A DNA stretch of 64,000 nucleotides from Octopus sinensis (taxonomy: Eukaryota), in contig NC_043008.1 of NCBI RefSeq assembly GCF_006345805.1, positions 3,472,001 to 3,536,000 on the forward strand. Direction: 5' to 3'. Made by a program: the position numbers and the translations under genes. Numbering within the stretch: the stretch's first letter is position 1; each line of letters begins with the position of its first letter. A model generated the notes under the pieces. That model did not search any database and was not told where the DNA came from. It saw nothing but the letters and a program-made list of their open reading frames with translations. Shown one piece after another: positions 49,790-62,716 of this stretch.

Positions 49790-50185
49790 ATATGCAGTAT
49801 GGTTTCCCCAGAGGACAAACAGTTTTCCTTGATCAAACAATCAGTTCTAAATGATACCTTGATAATGCTGGAGGGACGGCTTGGGTGGGAATTTGAAAGA
49901 CTAGGTGTGGAACAAGAATTCATTGTGAAACACGAAAAGCAAAAAGCTCATCTATTATGGCCCTCTCCGAAGAAAAGGTCTGGAAACTATTATAATGGAA
50001 GGAAGATTAGCGAGTAGTAGAACGAAAAACAGGCAAGGAACACAGTGGATGGACAATATCACAAACTGGTTCAACAAAAGTGGCAAGGCACCTGAAGAAC
50101 TCCCGATGAATCGGGAACATTGTCTTTGTAGTATCATCAAAGTAATGCAGGCGTACGACGATACCTGACGATGACGACGATATGC
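49790..50185 (+). mobile_element. RTE LINE 3' end with (TGACGA)n tail
   Basis: KLIYYGPLRRKGLETIIMEGRLASSRTKNRQGTQWMDNITNW matches the RTE C-terminus; short tandem tail 50166-50180. Confidence 0.8.
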
Positions 50186-51544
50186 TTCTACGCCATCACA
50201 GTTTGAAATTGGGTCGCTATTATGTTTCCAAAAAGATACCTGTGTAGTTGAGCTGAAAAGCATGCCATGGCCTACTATATGGGTTACATAGCTAAACTAT
50301 TTCTTTGTTTCTTTAAATCATCTTCATATATAAAAGCGAAAATGCTTCTGCCTATATGCACGTCCCAGGTTGCTGGTCATAGTTTTGTTCATAGATAGCT
50401 GGAAGTTTCTCCTGGGGTACAATGCCTACAAGAAGACATCTACAAGCTACGTAGCTTTCACTGCACATTATATATTGTGAAACTCGGCTTGAACCAACTT
50501 CCGAAGTGTTTGAATGTAACAATTCTGAAAAAAGCAACGTTCCTGAACTAACTAAACAGTGTTAATAATTCAACCAAAACCATAATTAATTAATGGAATT
50601 TCATTTATTTCAGGTAGAAATCAAGTCAGGAAAAGTTAGATACTTCTACTATTAAAATTAAGTTATCAAAGGTAAGTATTATACATGTTAATATGATTCT
50701 TAGATCCTCATATGGAACGATTTTTGCTGAATATGTAGCAAAACTAAATTTTGCTGTCTTATCTAACTCACCCTCCATTAGAGCTTGAGATGAATTTAGT
50801 CTCCACTAGGTTTATATTATAGATGTTGGATATGAACTAAGATATAAAATTGTTGCTATTTTTCTTTTACCCCAGGTTAGCTCTGAAGGAGTAGGCCTAT
50901 ACTTTGATAAAAATGTGTTCTGGGCGTGATTATCAAATTTTTTGCCTTCGATATAGTGTACCTAATGATATATTAATACATTCCCTCTCCTTTAAATCTT
51001 GTGATGCAAGTGAGGTTTAGTTATTTCTACACCAGGGGATTAATGACTTCGAATTTTCCTCGTTGTCTCGGTGCCACCCGTTGGTTGCACATGGACTGAT
51101 GTAGGTGATGTTATCTCTTCTGGAGAAATGTAGACGTAGTCTGGTTAGGACGGCGTAGTGTTGTTTTTAACTATGCTGTGAGTAGAGCTATGTCACGGAA
51201 GTGGCTGGTCGACCGTTTCACACCCTCACAAACGCCATTTTTCACAAACTATTCTAACAAGTTACTCTGCTGCACAAATTTCTAGACGATGGTATTTTAC
51301 CTATAAAAGACTTAGCAACCAGTCTTCGTAAGATAGCGATTACTAATAAGCCTCCTTGTAGGCATGAGTAGGTTCCTTACATGAACTGCGATATAATGAT
51401 TGAATGTGATGTTTATGCACCATTTTAATCCCAAAAGAGGTTTTATCGAAAGAAAACTATCTTGAATTTCTTTATAAACTGCTTATTAATATACTTATGG
51501 GCGTTATTATTATTTTTTCGTAATTATATTTGCCTATGTGTTGT

Positions 51545-51636
51545 GCATATATACACATATGTACATATATAGCACATAAATATATATACATACATTCATA
51601 TATGTATATATATAAATATGTATGTATATATATATA

Positions 51637-51702
<66 letters not shown>

Positions 51703-51848
51703 GTGTGTGTGTATGTGTGTACATATATATATATATATATTTATTTATATGTGTATATATGAATATATTTATATGTGTGTATAAATGTATATATATATAT
51801 ATATTTATTTATATGTGTATATATGAATATATTTATATGTGTGTATAA

Positions 51849-51912
<64 letters not shown>

Positions 51913-51945
51913 TTATATACATGCACACACACTCACTCACACGCA
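51545..51945. repeat. TA/GT compound microsatellite
   Basis: Directly visible. Confidence 0.95.
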
Positions 51946-52635
51946 CACATATATTATTTCTTGGTAACTATGGCGTAATGCTAATGTAGTACTTAGAAAA
52001 GTAAGTTCAAGTGTCTGTATGTGTGTATCTATTGGAAATAGAGTGAGAACAATGATGAAGAGAGTAAAAGAAGATTGCAAGTGTGGTTATGTGTGTGTGT
52101 GTACATGTGTATGTGTGCGTGTGTGCGTTTGCTTTGTGTTACATCATTGTATTAGCATGTGAGCTAACCTATAGCAAGTTAGCTGAATTTACATTCCATG
52201 CACGAGTCGATATCAGACATGTTCTTAGCAAAAAAACAAAAACAAAAAATAACAAAAAAATAAAAATAATATCGATTAATTGATTCTTTTAACGTTGCAC
52301 TGATTTTAGTAGTAATAATGACATCAGATAAATTCTCTGCTAACAGCTGGTGAAGAAATCAGTGTAGGAGAGAATATACTATCGTTCCCTTACTTGCCTG
52401 GTCTTACTGTTCGATAAAAATTCACCAATCTGATGACTGCATTTAGATCAAAAAGGTTTTATTGAAATTAAACGAATGTTAAAAAGAAAATAAACAGAAA
52501 ATATTATAGACAAAGTCTAGTCTTGGTTTGGGGCTATCCAATTCAATCTAATCTAAATCTCTTTAATGCGAATGAACGGATCTGAATGTGTGCACAAGAA
52601 TAGCTAAGTTATTAATATTAAATATAATGTTATTG

Positions 52636-52770
52636 AGGCAGACGGCAACTTGGTAGAACTATTAGAGCAGCCGATAGATTTCCATTCGGGCTTCGTTCTG
52701 GTTCTTTGCACTTTGAATTCAAATCACAATGAGGTCAATGTTCCTTTCATCTTTTCATCGTCGATAAGTA
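52636..52770 (+). mobile_element. old SINE family A
   Basis: ggcaacttggtagaactattagag..tgaattcaaatc..gaggtcaatgttcctttcatc. Confidence 0.55.
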
Positions 52771-53340
52771 AAGCAACAGTTTATGGGAATTGTGCGTTAT
52801 CGGAATTGTTAGAGTTTTAGACAAGATACTCTATCCTGATATTTTACGCTCTGAGTTTTATTCTGTTAATAACCAACGCTAATCATCCGTTCACATAAGA
52901 GCTCCGTTTTAATCTAAACTTTCACTCAGATAATGGATCGAAAGCTTTTGTGTAGAGTAGAATAATTGAAGAACCTGAGTATACACAGAGAAATGGTTCC
53001 TTAGAGCAAAGTATATAAATTGACAAGTGTATTGCAAGGAATGATAGGTAAGAAATACTTAGTGAGACACGAAGTTAGAAGCAAGAGAGGACATATTAAA
53101 TATAATAACCCATTGTAGTCCTCTGGTCTAGAGCTTCATCCGTACTTATTCACACAAAACAACGAAGCAAAGATTGGATTCTAACATCAGGGCAAGACTA
53201 TGAAATTTTGAGATAGAATATAACTAAAGAAACCCTAACAAATTAGAACTGCTTACTTTATCCATCAATTAATCAATATATGATAGGATTCAGGATATTC
53301 CTTTCTGACCCTATCAGGTCGACTAAGGATTTCTGGTTAC

Positions 53341-53456
53341 CTCCTTGAAAATCCATACAAGCTTGTCATGGAATAGATTGGTGATTTCCAAATTGCTTTC
53401 ATTCAGGTGTTGTTTACAAACATCATCTAACATCATCTTGTGGGATAAAGCAAATT
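53341..53456 (-). CDS. candidate internal coding exon of an unidentified host gene (116 nt, phase 1 to 0)
   Basis: Acceptor ctctttctctctcactctcag, donor GAG|GTAACC; only one frame is open: (x)FALSHKMMLDDVCKQHLNESNLEITNLFHDKLVWIFKE; not part of a recognised repeat. Confidence 0.4.
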
Positions 53457-54134
53457 CTGAGAGTGAGAGAGAAAGAGGCGAAGAAGACAGAAAAATCGCC
53501 CCCAGCACTTGATTATTACTGTACTTATAGGCATCGAAGGCGTGAAAGAGAACTGAAACTGTGATGTCCAAATATATCATTATCCAGCACGAATTTCGAA
53601 AGCATGAAAGGTGACGTTGACCTCTGCGAGATTTGAACTCAAAGCGGCGAGAACTGAAACTAATGTAGCGAGAAATTAATCTAACTTCGCTTTAACGATG
53701 CAACACATTTGCTACGAGATCAGGACACAAAGGGACGCAACCAAATGCTTTCTATATATTCCGTTTCGCCTGATCCTATCTTCTCCACTGAAAGCAACGG
53801 CGCATTATCTTCTTGTTATGACTTCTCTTTTCAATTATTTTGTTTTTACAATTAATGAAAGCTAAATTTTCATTTTGTTGAGATATTATCTATGACGTGT
53901 CAGGAATCGATCAGAAATGCATGAATCATTTAGACCCTTGTACTAATTTAATAATTATTACAGAGTCACAAAGTTCCGTGTTTAAATATTCATATCCTTT
54001 CTTCATACTGTAATCAGCATAATATACTTGCATACTTATTAATTTGTAATTTGTGATGAGACACGCTCATTGCAGGACACACTTCAGATCAAAGCATTTA
54101 TGTACAGAAACAATTTTTTAAATATTGTAGACAT

Positions 54135-54525
54135 AGTCGCAGGCAAGGGTGAGTGATTAGCAAGTTCACATGACAATCACATCGTCAGCGATCCGATGCC
54201 ATTACACCGCATCTTGGACGAATGACCTCTACACTAACCCTCGACCGACAAATGCTCTGTATGTAAATTTGCTTAACGGAAACTGTGTTGAAGCTAATCT
54301 TATATCCAGGTATGTGTGCGCATATGTATGCATATGCGTGGTTATGTGTTAGAGCGGTTGGTGTCTTTCTATTTGTTCCCTTACCGCTTGGTATCGACAT
54401 TGGTTTGTCTGCATCCCAGTAAACTCAAAATGATTTAGAACTACTATAGGTTTGTTCGATTAGACTTTCCCAAATGGTGCCCAACATGGCCAGAGTCCAA
54501 TGACTGAAGCATGTAAAGAGTACTT
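54135..54525 (+). mobile_element. old full-length SINE family B
   Basis: gcaggcaagggtgagtgattagcaag..cgaccgacaaatgc..ggaaactg..ggtgcccaacatggccagagtccaatgactgaagc. Confidence 0.65.
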
Positions 54526-54862
54526 TTTTTCACTAAAACGTAAAAGTACTAAAAAGACAATAGAGTCATAACAAGGTCAAAAAGAATTCGGGGCAGAATT
54601 CTTTGCAGCATTTAATTCAGTTCTTTTGTATCGCAACTTCGAATACAAGTGAGGTCTGTTTCACTTTATGATCTTCTGGAAGTCGATGAAATAAGAACTA
54701 AACAAATACTACTTCTCTTTTACACTCGGTGTTTGTAACTGAAGCAGCATTCTTTTAAAATAACCTTCGTGTCCCTCTTAACTTGTATAACACGTATGAC
54801 AAGGAAGTTACTACGCTTTTCATCCGTGATAAAATCTCTTATGGACGAGCTCGGTTAAAATA

Positions 54863-55110
54863 TTTATTTCTTAATTGGCCACACTAGGGTTAGGGTTAGT
54901 GGCTAAACATACGGAGGACAAACAAGGACAGAAATGGGATTAAGTCGATTGCATTGAACCCAGTACGCAACTGGTACTTAATTTATCGACTCCGAATGGA
55001 TAAAAGACACAGTCGACCTCGGCGGAATTTGAACTAGGAATGCAACGGCAGACGAAATGCCGTTTAGCATTTCGCCCGGCTTGCTAACGATTCTGCCAGC
55101 TCGCCGCCCT
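54863..55110 (-). mobile_element. SINE family A, full length (tail type 1)
   Basis: Revcomp match to 23268-23470 plus terminal gtggccaattaagaaataaata. Confidence 0.9.
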
Positions 55111-55121
55111 CTGTTAAAATA

Positions 55122-56302
55122 TTGGGTTAGCAAGAAAGCAATTTCGTTTCTCGCAAATATAGTTACGATTTTTTTAATGACTTTTGTCAATGTTATGATT
55201 TTTTTCCTCTTGACATTTGATAGCCGTAACTTTTAGCTTACTTTAGAAGCAAATTTCGATTAATTTTGTTTACAGCTGTTAGTTCGGTGTCAATTTTAAC
55301 ATGGAGTGCAAAAATGAACATTTTCGCCATATTCTTTTTTCCGTAAAGGTTAAAAAGCTGCTGAGGCTCACAAAGAGATATGTGAAGTTTATAGTGTTAA
55401 TTGCTTAACAGAACGCACATGTCAGAAATAGTTTTAAAAATTCCGTTCTGGAGATTTTTCACTCAAAGATGGCCAACGTTCTGATCGACCTACTGATGTT
55501 GATGAGGACCGAATCAAGACCATAATTAAATTTGATTGTCATTTAACAATTGAAAATCATTTAAAATGTCTTGAAATCGTTAAGAAGCTCGATATTTTGG
55601 TTCCACATAAATTGAAAGAAATTCACTTAACACAACGAATCAATATTTGCGATATGCATCTCAAACGCTTTGGAATGAATCATCACTGGTGATAAACAAT
55701 GGATTGTCTACAATAGCATCAATTGAAAACGATCATGGTCCAGCACAAACCAGATCGAAACCTGAATTGCATTGAAAAAAGGTCATGCTGTCAATTAGAT
55801 GGGATTACAAAAGTATTGTGTATTTTGAGCTGCTTCCAAGGAACCAAACGATCAATTCAGATATTTACTGTCAGCAACTAATGAAACCGGAGGAAGTAAT
55901 CAAAGCAAAACGGTTAGAATTGGCAAATCATAAAGGAACCACACACGTCTTTGCTAACTCTTGCAAAATTATTGGAGCTCGATTGGGAAGTGGTTACATC
56001 CACCATATAGCCCTGATCTTGCACCATCTGATTGCCATTTATTTTAAAGTTTGCAAAATTCTTTGAATGGCAAAACTTTCAATAATGATGATGACCTGAA
56101 ATGGCGCTTGCTTCAGTTTTTGGCTGATAAGAACCAGAAGTTCTATGAGCGCGGAGTCATGAAGTTGCCAGGAAGATGGCAAAGTGTCATCGAACGAAAT
56201 GGAAAATATATAATTGATTAAAGCTGATTCTTTATATTTAAAAAAAATGACCTTTATTTCACACTAAAAAAACCGACTGAAATTACTTTCTTGCTAACCT
56301 AA
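55122..56302 (+). mobile_element. decayed mariner (DD34D) transposon with TIRs and TA TSD
   Basis: TA|ttgggttagcaagaaagcaattt ... revcomp TA|ttaggttagcaagaaagtaattt; 1181 bp. Confidence 0.92.
55301..56221 (+). pseudogene. mariner transposase pseudogene
   Basis: MECKNEHFRHIL, LVPHKLKE (WVPHEL), ITGDKQWIVYN, HPPYSPDLAPSDCHLF, GKYIID*; frameshifts, and the HQDNA motif is deleted. Confidence 0.9.
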
Positions 56303-57119
56303 TAACAACATATTCCGGCAGCGGCTATGATAAGTCCAAATGCACTGAGGCTTGTCAATATTGTGTATTCGCAGTCACATACCTAGACGAAATTTCTCGT
56401 TTCCAATAAATAAATCAGTGGTTAATGCATTAACCGATATTGCGATAATCCGATGGTTTGAATCAGCATAAGTTAAAATAGCCATCATATATCATACGTA
56501 ACGTGTATACACCGCTCGTAGTATCTTGCCCGTCAGAGGAGTATATGCGCTGAGCATGATCTATTTATAAGCATTTCACTTCACTCAGCCCGTTCTCTTT
56601 GATCTACGGATTCTACAAGTTATTCGTTCTGTTATGAATATTAGCCAAATCTCTCTAAAATTACACCCTATCCTCTTAAAAATATAATCATCGAACACAT
56701 TTCTGTGTTCTTTACTCGTAAGAAAAAGGGTTGATGGCCACAGCTGGAATACATTCTGATTTTGTTAAGACCAAAATATCGTATCTCTGATAACGGCATT
56801 TAGTATGAAAATGACTGAAAATTGTAAATTAGATACATTGGAGGAGATAAACTTCATTTCCCTCATCACCCATAATAGAGTTGCTCAAATCGTAATATAC
56901 AATTAGATCTCTAATTAATATAAATGAACCCATTCGGATTCGGTTATTAGGGAACGGCTTGCAAGTAAACCATCATTAATAAACTTAATCTATTACAGCA
57001 AATTATTATTTCGTTAATGTCATTGCTTGATGGTCTTCAATAAATCCCATAATTTTAGAAGATTCCGATTATCACCACAGACTCTAGCTACCTTTCATTA
57101 ACAGGGAGACTTTTAACAT

Positions 57120-57530
57120 ACATTATCTAACATTAACGACCCTTAATGTAGTTACTCTACCAGCTAGAAATAGTAAGCAAATCTTCCTAAAATTAAATCC
57201 TATAATCTTTCAAAAAGTATCATTGAATTGCGTACACTTTGTTTCCCTGCTTTGAAGACAATTACGGGATGATCCCATAATGCAATGGTGTGGTCATAGG
57301 ACTTCTCGATCAGAGTTGAAGTGAGAGTAAATAACGAGTTGTTTTTGTTGTTGTTCTCCATCTTGATTCAGCTAATCTATAAACAGGAGCGTTCCAGCTG
57401 TGAAGAACCCATCATTTTCTCAGGCATACAACTACATTATCCGATATGTTATTCCTTATATATAAGATAGTAAGGAGTCGATTGAGATTTGTTGTGTTAT
57501 ATCTGGCAATTCAAACGAGTAAACAGAGGT
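57120..57530. mobile_element. two old SINE family C copies, tail to tail
   Basis: Plus copy ..taccagctagaaatagt..gggatgatc..ctcgatcagagttg, then minus copy gttgttgtt..cgttccagctgtg..gttatatctggc. Confidence 0.5.
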
Positions 57531-58059
57531 AGGTCTAGTCATTAGTTTAATTATATGGTAATTGGAAAAAGGTAAGTAGGTTCAGATATTTTCCAATTTT
57601 TCATTCTAATAACTGGATGTAGTTTGTACTACTCACAAGTGAACTGATCATTTCTTCTAAATGTGCGTGTGTGTATGTGTGCGTGCGTGTGTGTGTGTGT
57701 GTGTGTGTGTTGTAAACATTTTTTGAATATAAAATTTTAATTATCTTGTTAAGACCTCTAGTCTACGAACCATAAAATATGAGTAAATATCAGTTGTGTG
57801 AACATAAATCAAATGACTTTCCAAGTCACGCATTCTAGTTTCGAACCAAACAGGACAAAGTAGAAAAAATGTAGAAAGAAAACCTGAAATATAATGAAAT
57901 CACTCTGAAAGAGAGACAGAAAGAATCAGTGAAATGTCTTAATTTATGATCTTTAATTGTTGTCTACAAAGTCCACGAAAAGTTTTGAGGAGTGTAGCGT
58001 TTTTAGCAACTTGCTCTTTCACATCTTTTATTAAGGTAGGCGACTGATTTAAATATGAA

Positions 58060-58460
58060 GCAGTTACTGGATGCTGTTACCTTGATAAATACAACAGATT
58101 AAAAGTTAGACAGAGAAATCAAAAACGAACTCGAGTGGCTGAACAAAGAGAAATGTTAAGACGCCGTGTATATGAATACGAAGAGATTTTCGAAAGATTT
58201 CAAAAACTTTCGGAACATTCTGCCACTTCTAGAATTGAATATACGTAACTGTTGTCTATTGATTTTTCTCAGATTTTGAAAGAAACAATGCTTCAGATTT
58301 ATGGGTCTGGGGAAAATGAGATTCTCTGTCGTTCATGCCTATTCTCAGAAAATGTTCTACGCAAATTGAATTAAGTAGCCACAACAAGGAATTGAAACGA
58401 GTCAGGAATTGGATCACAAGGAATATTAAATCATAAGCCATTGTCTGGCATGTTAAGCAG
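58060..58460 (+). pseudogene. possible decayed RTE-like LINE linker fragment
   Basis: KLDREIKNELEWLNKEKC resembles the RTE inter-domain LDKEIKRKC..EEWLNEKC; stops present. Confidence 0.3.
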
Positions 58461-58602
58461 AGACAAGATGTCAAACTGTGAAACATACATACATCTTTCA
58501 CAAATAACTGTTACGTGTAGAATATATGTAGAGGCCAGCTGATATTTTGTTCCATTTAATCCGTACGAATATAATGTTTTGTTTTCTCTCACTTTCTTTC
58601 TT

Positions 58603-58640
<38 letters not shown>

Positions 58641-59149
58641 CTATATCTGCATCATACTTTTTCTTGTAGTTTCACACCTTTCCCCCCTTTTCCAGTCTCA
58701 TAATTTTCTTGTTTTATAACACTTTCCAAGATAATAATTCTTTTCTGTTTCACCACTTTTCTTGCCTAACGTCTTTTTCTTGCATCCTTATCTTTCTTCC
58801 TTGTTTCCGACAAAGATAATTGTCATCATTGTCGCCATCTTTTAATCTATCGCACTAAATACATCTCGATATACACCAATCTACCTCTTAGATTATCATT
58901 ATTGCGAGAGGAACAGACATCACATATGACTATTGGATTAAATTATAATTTCCATAAATGTTAACATATTTTAGTCACGCTATCCAATAACTTCTGTGTT
59001 AAAACTAAAGATGATTACTGAACATGAATTCGGCAGGCAAGAGTGTATTTATTTCCTTTTTGATTAACGCGAATCGCTAGTTACACCATTGTTAAAATAT
59101 CTTGTTCGCTTTTCTCTGTGTGGGTGTATGTATCGCTAAGCTATTTAGG

Positions 59150-60260
59150 AAAACAAAGATGGCGTTGTATAGGAAATTCTCCGACATTGCTTCCAGGATG
59201 TACAACATGATATATGAATTATTAAATTAAGTTGTAGCTGTAAACATATTTTAACATTAGATTTTGAATACGAATAAACAATGAGTTTTTCCTCACCTTC
59301 ACATATTTACACCAACAATGCTTTCTTTCGCGTAGCTTTGTTCTATGTTCTTTTACTTTATAATTCCGTAACTATTTCTTGTTAGCAAGTACCAGCTATC
59401 CCTGAGTCTGTCAAGATTTTAAATCTCATTTCTTTATGACTTCTTTCTGCGCTCTTTTCTCTACATGTATATTTTTCATTTGATGTCCCGGAAATACGTT
59501 GTCTAAAACTCTTTTCTTTTCCTGACTTCTTTTGTTGTCACTTTGACTTTCGTTTTTTCTTTCCATCTGCTAGGAACGCTTTGGTGACAGTTTTCTTTCC
59601 TCGATATCTTCATTGCGCTCATTACTTACTATCTTTCTCATTGCCAAAGTTAAGTCAGTTATAATTCCCATGTTGTCTATTTGTGTGTTACAGGATCCGA
59701 TTAGCATATTGTTGAAGGCTCTTGTCCATTTGTACTTAAGGCTCTTTCTCTGTTGAATCGATTTTTTTCACAAGTCGACAATGGGAGAACAATCAGTTCC
59801 AATGAGAAATGTCCTTTCCTTTTCTATCTCCTTTTCTCCAGTCATTTCTCAATGCTGTTTTTTGTTTTATTTCATTTTTTCCCACCTTTCTGTTTACTGT
59901 TCCTGGGACCATTTCTATTCTTACAGAGAAGTTTCCTTCAGGCCAATGTTATTTTCTATCAAATTTTTCAGTTTCTGAAGAGTTACCTTCTGTTTTGCCG
60001 ACCAACTTTTGGTGGTGAAACATCAAATACTTCGTAATCCTGATGACAGTGTCTGAATATGTATGTGCCGTTTCTTTGTTACCTCTTGATGCAGTGTGCT
60101 GTTAATCTGTTTGTGAATCTTTTCACTTCTCCAACTCAATTTTTCCAACTCTGCCAATTGCACGTTCGCGCATAAGTAGTCAATTTAATCTCTGACGGCT
60201 GTTGTTGGATTCTGATTGGTATTACTACAGTTTTTTTTTCCTTTTTATCATTTGTATTTT
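59150..60260 (-). pseudogene. decayed RTE-like APE/linker fragment
   Basis: RIQQQPSEIKLTTYA (IIQVYAPT-like), KVGR, IGTDCSPIV (SDH-like); many stops. Confidence 0.4.
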
Positions 60261-60614
60261 TTTTGTATCTTGTTCTTCGTCAATGCACAGGCAAATCTCT
60301 ACTCTAGGGAATTTTTCAAATAATGCAACACATGGTCTTTCATAGAAGAATTCTTTTTTCTTTTTTTTTATGTATTTTCATCGTCATTGGCACATTCCTA
60401 TGTAGACTCAGGAGCTAGTAAACATGTCTTATAATTAAACATCCATGCAAGTGTTCATTCACATGAAGAGACATACTTTAAAAATATAAACGTATCGCAA
60501 ATTCATTGACGTCCATGTATGTGCGTGTGTGAGTGTATGTGTGTACCCATGTGTGAATGTGTGTGCATGTATGTGTGTATGTACGTGTGTGTATGTAAGT
60601 TTGAGAATATTTAC

Positions 60615-60731
60615 TCAGGGTTCTGTCGAAATATTGCTCTTGTCGTCATCGGTGGTGGGGGTGGGGGTCCCGGAGGCACTGGTGGTAACGGTGGCGCCGG
60701 TTTTTCTTTTCCCATAACTATCGTTGAGTTT
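60615..60731 (-). CDS. candidate proline-rich coding exon (117 nt, phase 2-2)
   Basis: Acceptor ttttcatag, donor GA|GTAAAT; reads NSTIVMGKEKPAPPLPPVPPGPPPPPPMTTRAIFRQNP(E). GC island in an AT background, and Pro codons use all four wobble bases, unlike a microsatellite. Confidence 0.55.
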   Translation of the reverse strand, partial: KLNDSYGKRKTGATVTTSASGTPTPTTDDDKSNISTEP

Positions 60732-61096
60732 CTATGAAAACTACCTGTTTTCTGTATCCGGCATTCGCTATACGTCTCCATACATTTTCATAGCTTTTCC
60801 TATTCTGCTGCTATTTATGCACAGCATATCAATTAGAACGAAGTCATATATTTAATTTTTCTTTTTATATCTTTGTCTTATGTCTGGCTGATATGCAGCA
60901 ATCATCCTATCAGTTAGTATACTGGTATTCGTTGTGCGGCCGGTTTATATCATTTGTAACATTTTACGAAGTATTACTGTTTAGAATTGTTATTGCTCCA
61001 AATAACGACGAACCTGTCAACGTTCGTATCTCGGTTTTCCATCTAAACTAATACTAGAAATATTGGTTTCACACTTTGGCTCAATGCGTGCAGCTT

Positions 61097-61281
61097 AAAG
61101 GGGGGTGATAAATCGAGTACATCGACCCCCCAGTGTTCATATGATACCTATTGTATTGACCCGGAAAGGATGAAAGGTAAAATTAAGCTAGACGGAATTT
61201 GAACTCAGAATGTAAAGACGGACGAAATACCACTAGGCATTTTGCTCGGCGTGCTAACGATTCTGCCAGCTCACCGCCTTC
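61097..61281 (-). mobile_element. SINE family A
   Basis: atcgagtacatcgacccc..ggaatttgaactcagaatg..gctaacgattctgccagctcaccgcctt. Confidence 0.85.
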
Positions 61282-61764
61282 GCTAATACTAGACGTATTT
61301 TAAATATATAGTTCTGTGTCTCATACCATTTCCAGACATTGCCAGATTTAAATTTGACAGCAACTTAAAGATCTCTTTGTTCAGGTATGTAGAATTTAGC
61401 TTTCAGTCACTGTTTCTTACTTTAGTTTAAGATTTGGGGTAGTTAAGAAGTATACATATCGAATCAAAAGCGTTCTGATGAAAGTTCCTCCCAATGCTTC
61501 TTCTATCATTTTAGTATTTCAGGCTAGTAAAACATATTTTAAAGGTTAGTTCTGTGTGTGTTTTACACAATAACCACATATTCATGAAACTGCTGTGTAT
61601 CTTCCTGCTAATTACATCAAATACCTACCCCAGTTGGTTTATCTCATTGTAAATCCAATAAACGAGAAAGCTTTATGTACGGATATCAATATTTTGGATC
61701 TCACAGATTTTCTAGTTGATTATATCGAAGTTATATAATAGAGGTCTGGTGAAGATTTTCTGTA

Positions 61765-62510
61765 CCACTGTATCGAGAACCTACTGTGTTAATGTATTAC
61801 TGTAATAACGCACTGTGTCAGTATTCCTGTATCCCACTGTGTCTACCGATTGAGAACCTACTGAGTCATTATACTTATACTCCGCTATCAGAAAGTATTG
61901 ATTGCCCACTGCATTAATGTATTGATAGGCCACTGTGTCAATATACTGATATTACACTATGTCAATACATTATTACGCTACCATGTCAATATATTGACGC
62001 CTCACAATATCAATATATTGGTTCTCCTGCTGGCTCAGTGTATTCATGCACCACTGTTTCATTATGTTGATAACCCATGTGTTAATGTATCGATAGCTCA
62101 CTGTACCAATATATTGACAACCCAACCTGTCAATATATTGACACCCCCACTGTGTCAACGTAGGGAAAATTTACCCAAGAACGTCTACTGCATAAAGACG
62201 TATGTCATGGCATACTAGATGACGTCATGAAATGTTAATTAATGCAAATTCCTTGAATTACTCGATAATCCACTCTATCGATAGATTCGTGTCACATTGC
62301 GTTAATACTTTATCAGTGTTTCGAATGTATCAAAGTATTGATGCTCGGCTGAGTAAAATTATTGAGAGCCCAGAGTTCCAATGTATCGATACGGCACTGT
62401 GGAAAAGTATTGATATTTTGCTGTACCAATACATGCATACCGTTCCATATAAATGTATCGATATCCTTTGGATCAATCTATTGATAACCCACTGCGTTAA
62501 TGTATCGTTA
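61765..62510. repeat. degenerate 24-bp minisatellite
   Basis: Units such as gccactgtgtcaatatactgatat / tacactatgtcaatacattattac / gctaccatgtcaatatattgacgc; interrupted around 62160-62260. Confidence 0.85.
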
Positions 62511-62716
62511 ACGTTTGTAAAAATAAAAGCTACTTGGATCCTTCGTCAGAATCCTTTTCTGATTATTGCTTTCATTGATTTCGATGATATCAGAATCAGT
62601 AAATCATCATAAAGATATTTTGTTTAATGTTATATTGCTGCTTCTCTTTGCGTTCTAAGTTCAAATCTCAATGGAATATATCCTCTCCTTCCCTGCGGAT
62701 TCCATCGATAACATAC

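Noticed and set aside
26191-50671. Scattered microexon-like AG..GT pairs (about 26191-26208 +, 40185-40196 +, 44800-44816 -, 45483-45488 -, 50618-50671 +, 37436-37490 -)
   Set aside because: Short splice-site pairs arise frequently by chance in AT-rich DNA, they fall on both strands, and they cannot be chained reliably without transcript data.
56383-56490. ATG-initiated 36-codon segment with AG|GTATGT donor that would join in frame to exon 53456 (minus strand)
   Set aside because: It has no acceptor, so it cannot link to the upstream Pro-rich exon; an open frame of this length is common by chance.
22445-61490. Isolated CTGATGA heptamers (about 22447, 47345, 52429, 60040, 61476)
   Set aside because: None has a stem II plus GAAA plus stem I downstream; this frequency is expected by chance.
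61765-62510. CRISPR-like appearance (palindromic repeats at regular spacing)
   Set aside because: The units are contiguous 24-mers with no unique spacers, in a eukaryotic context with no cas genes.
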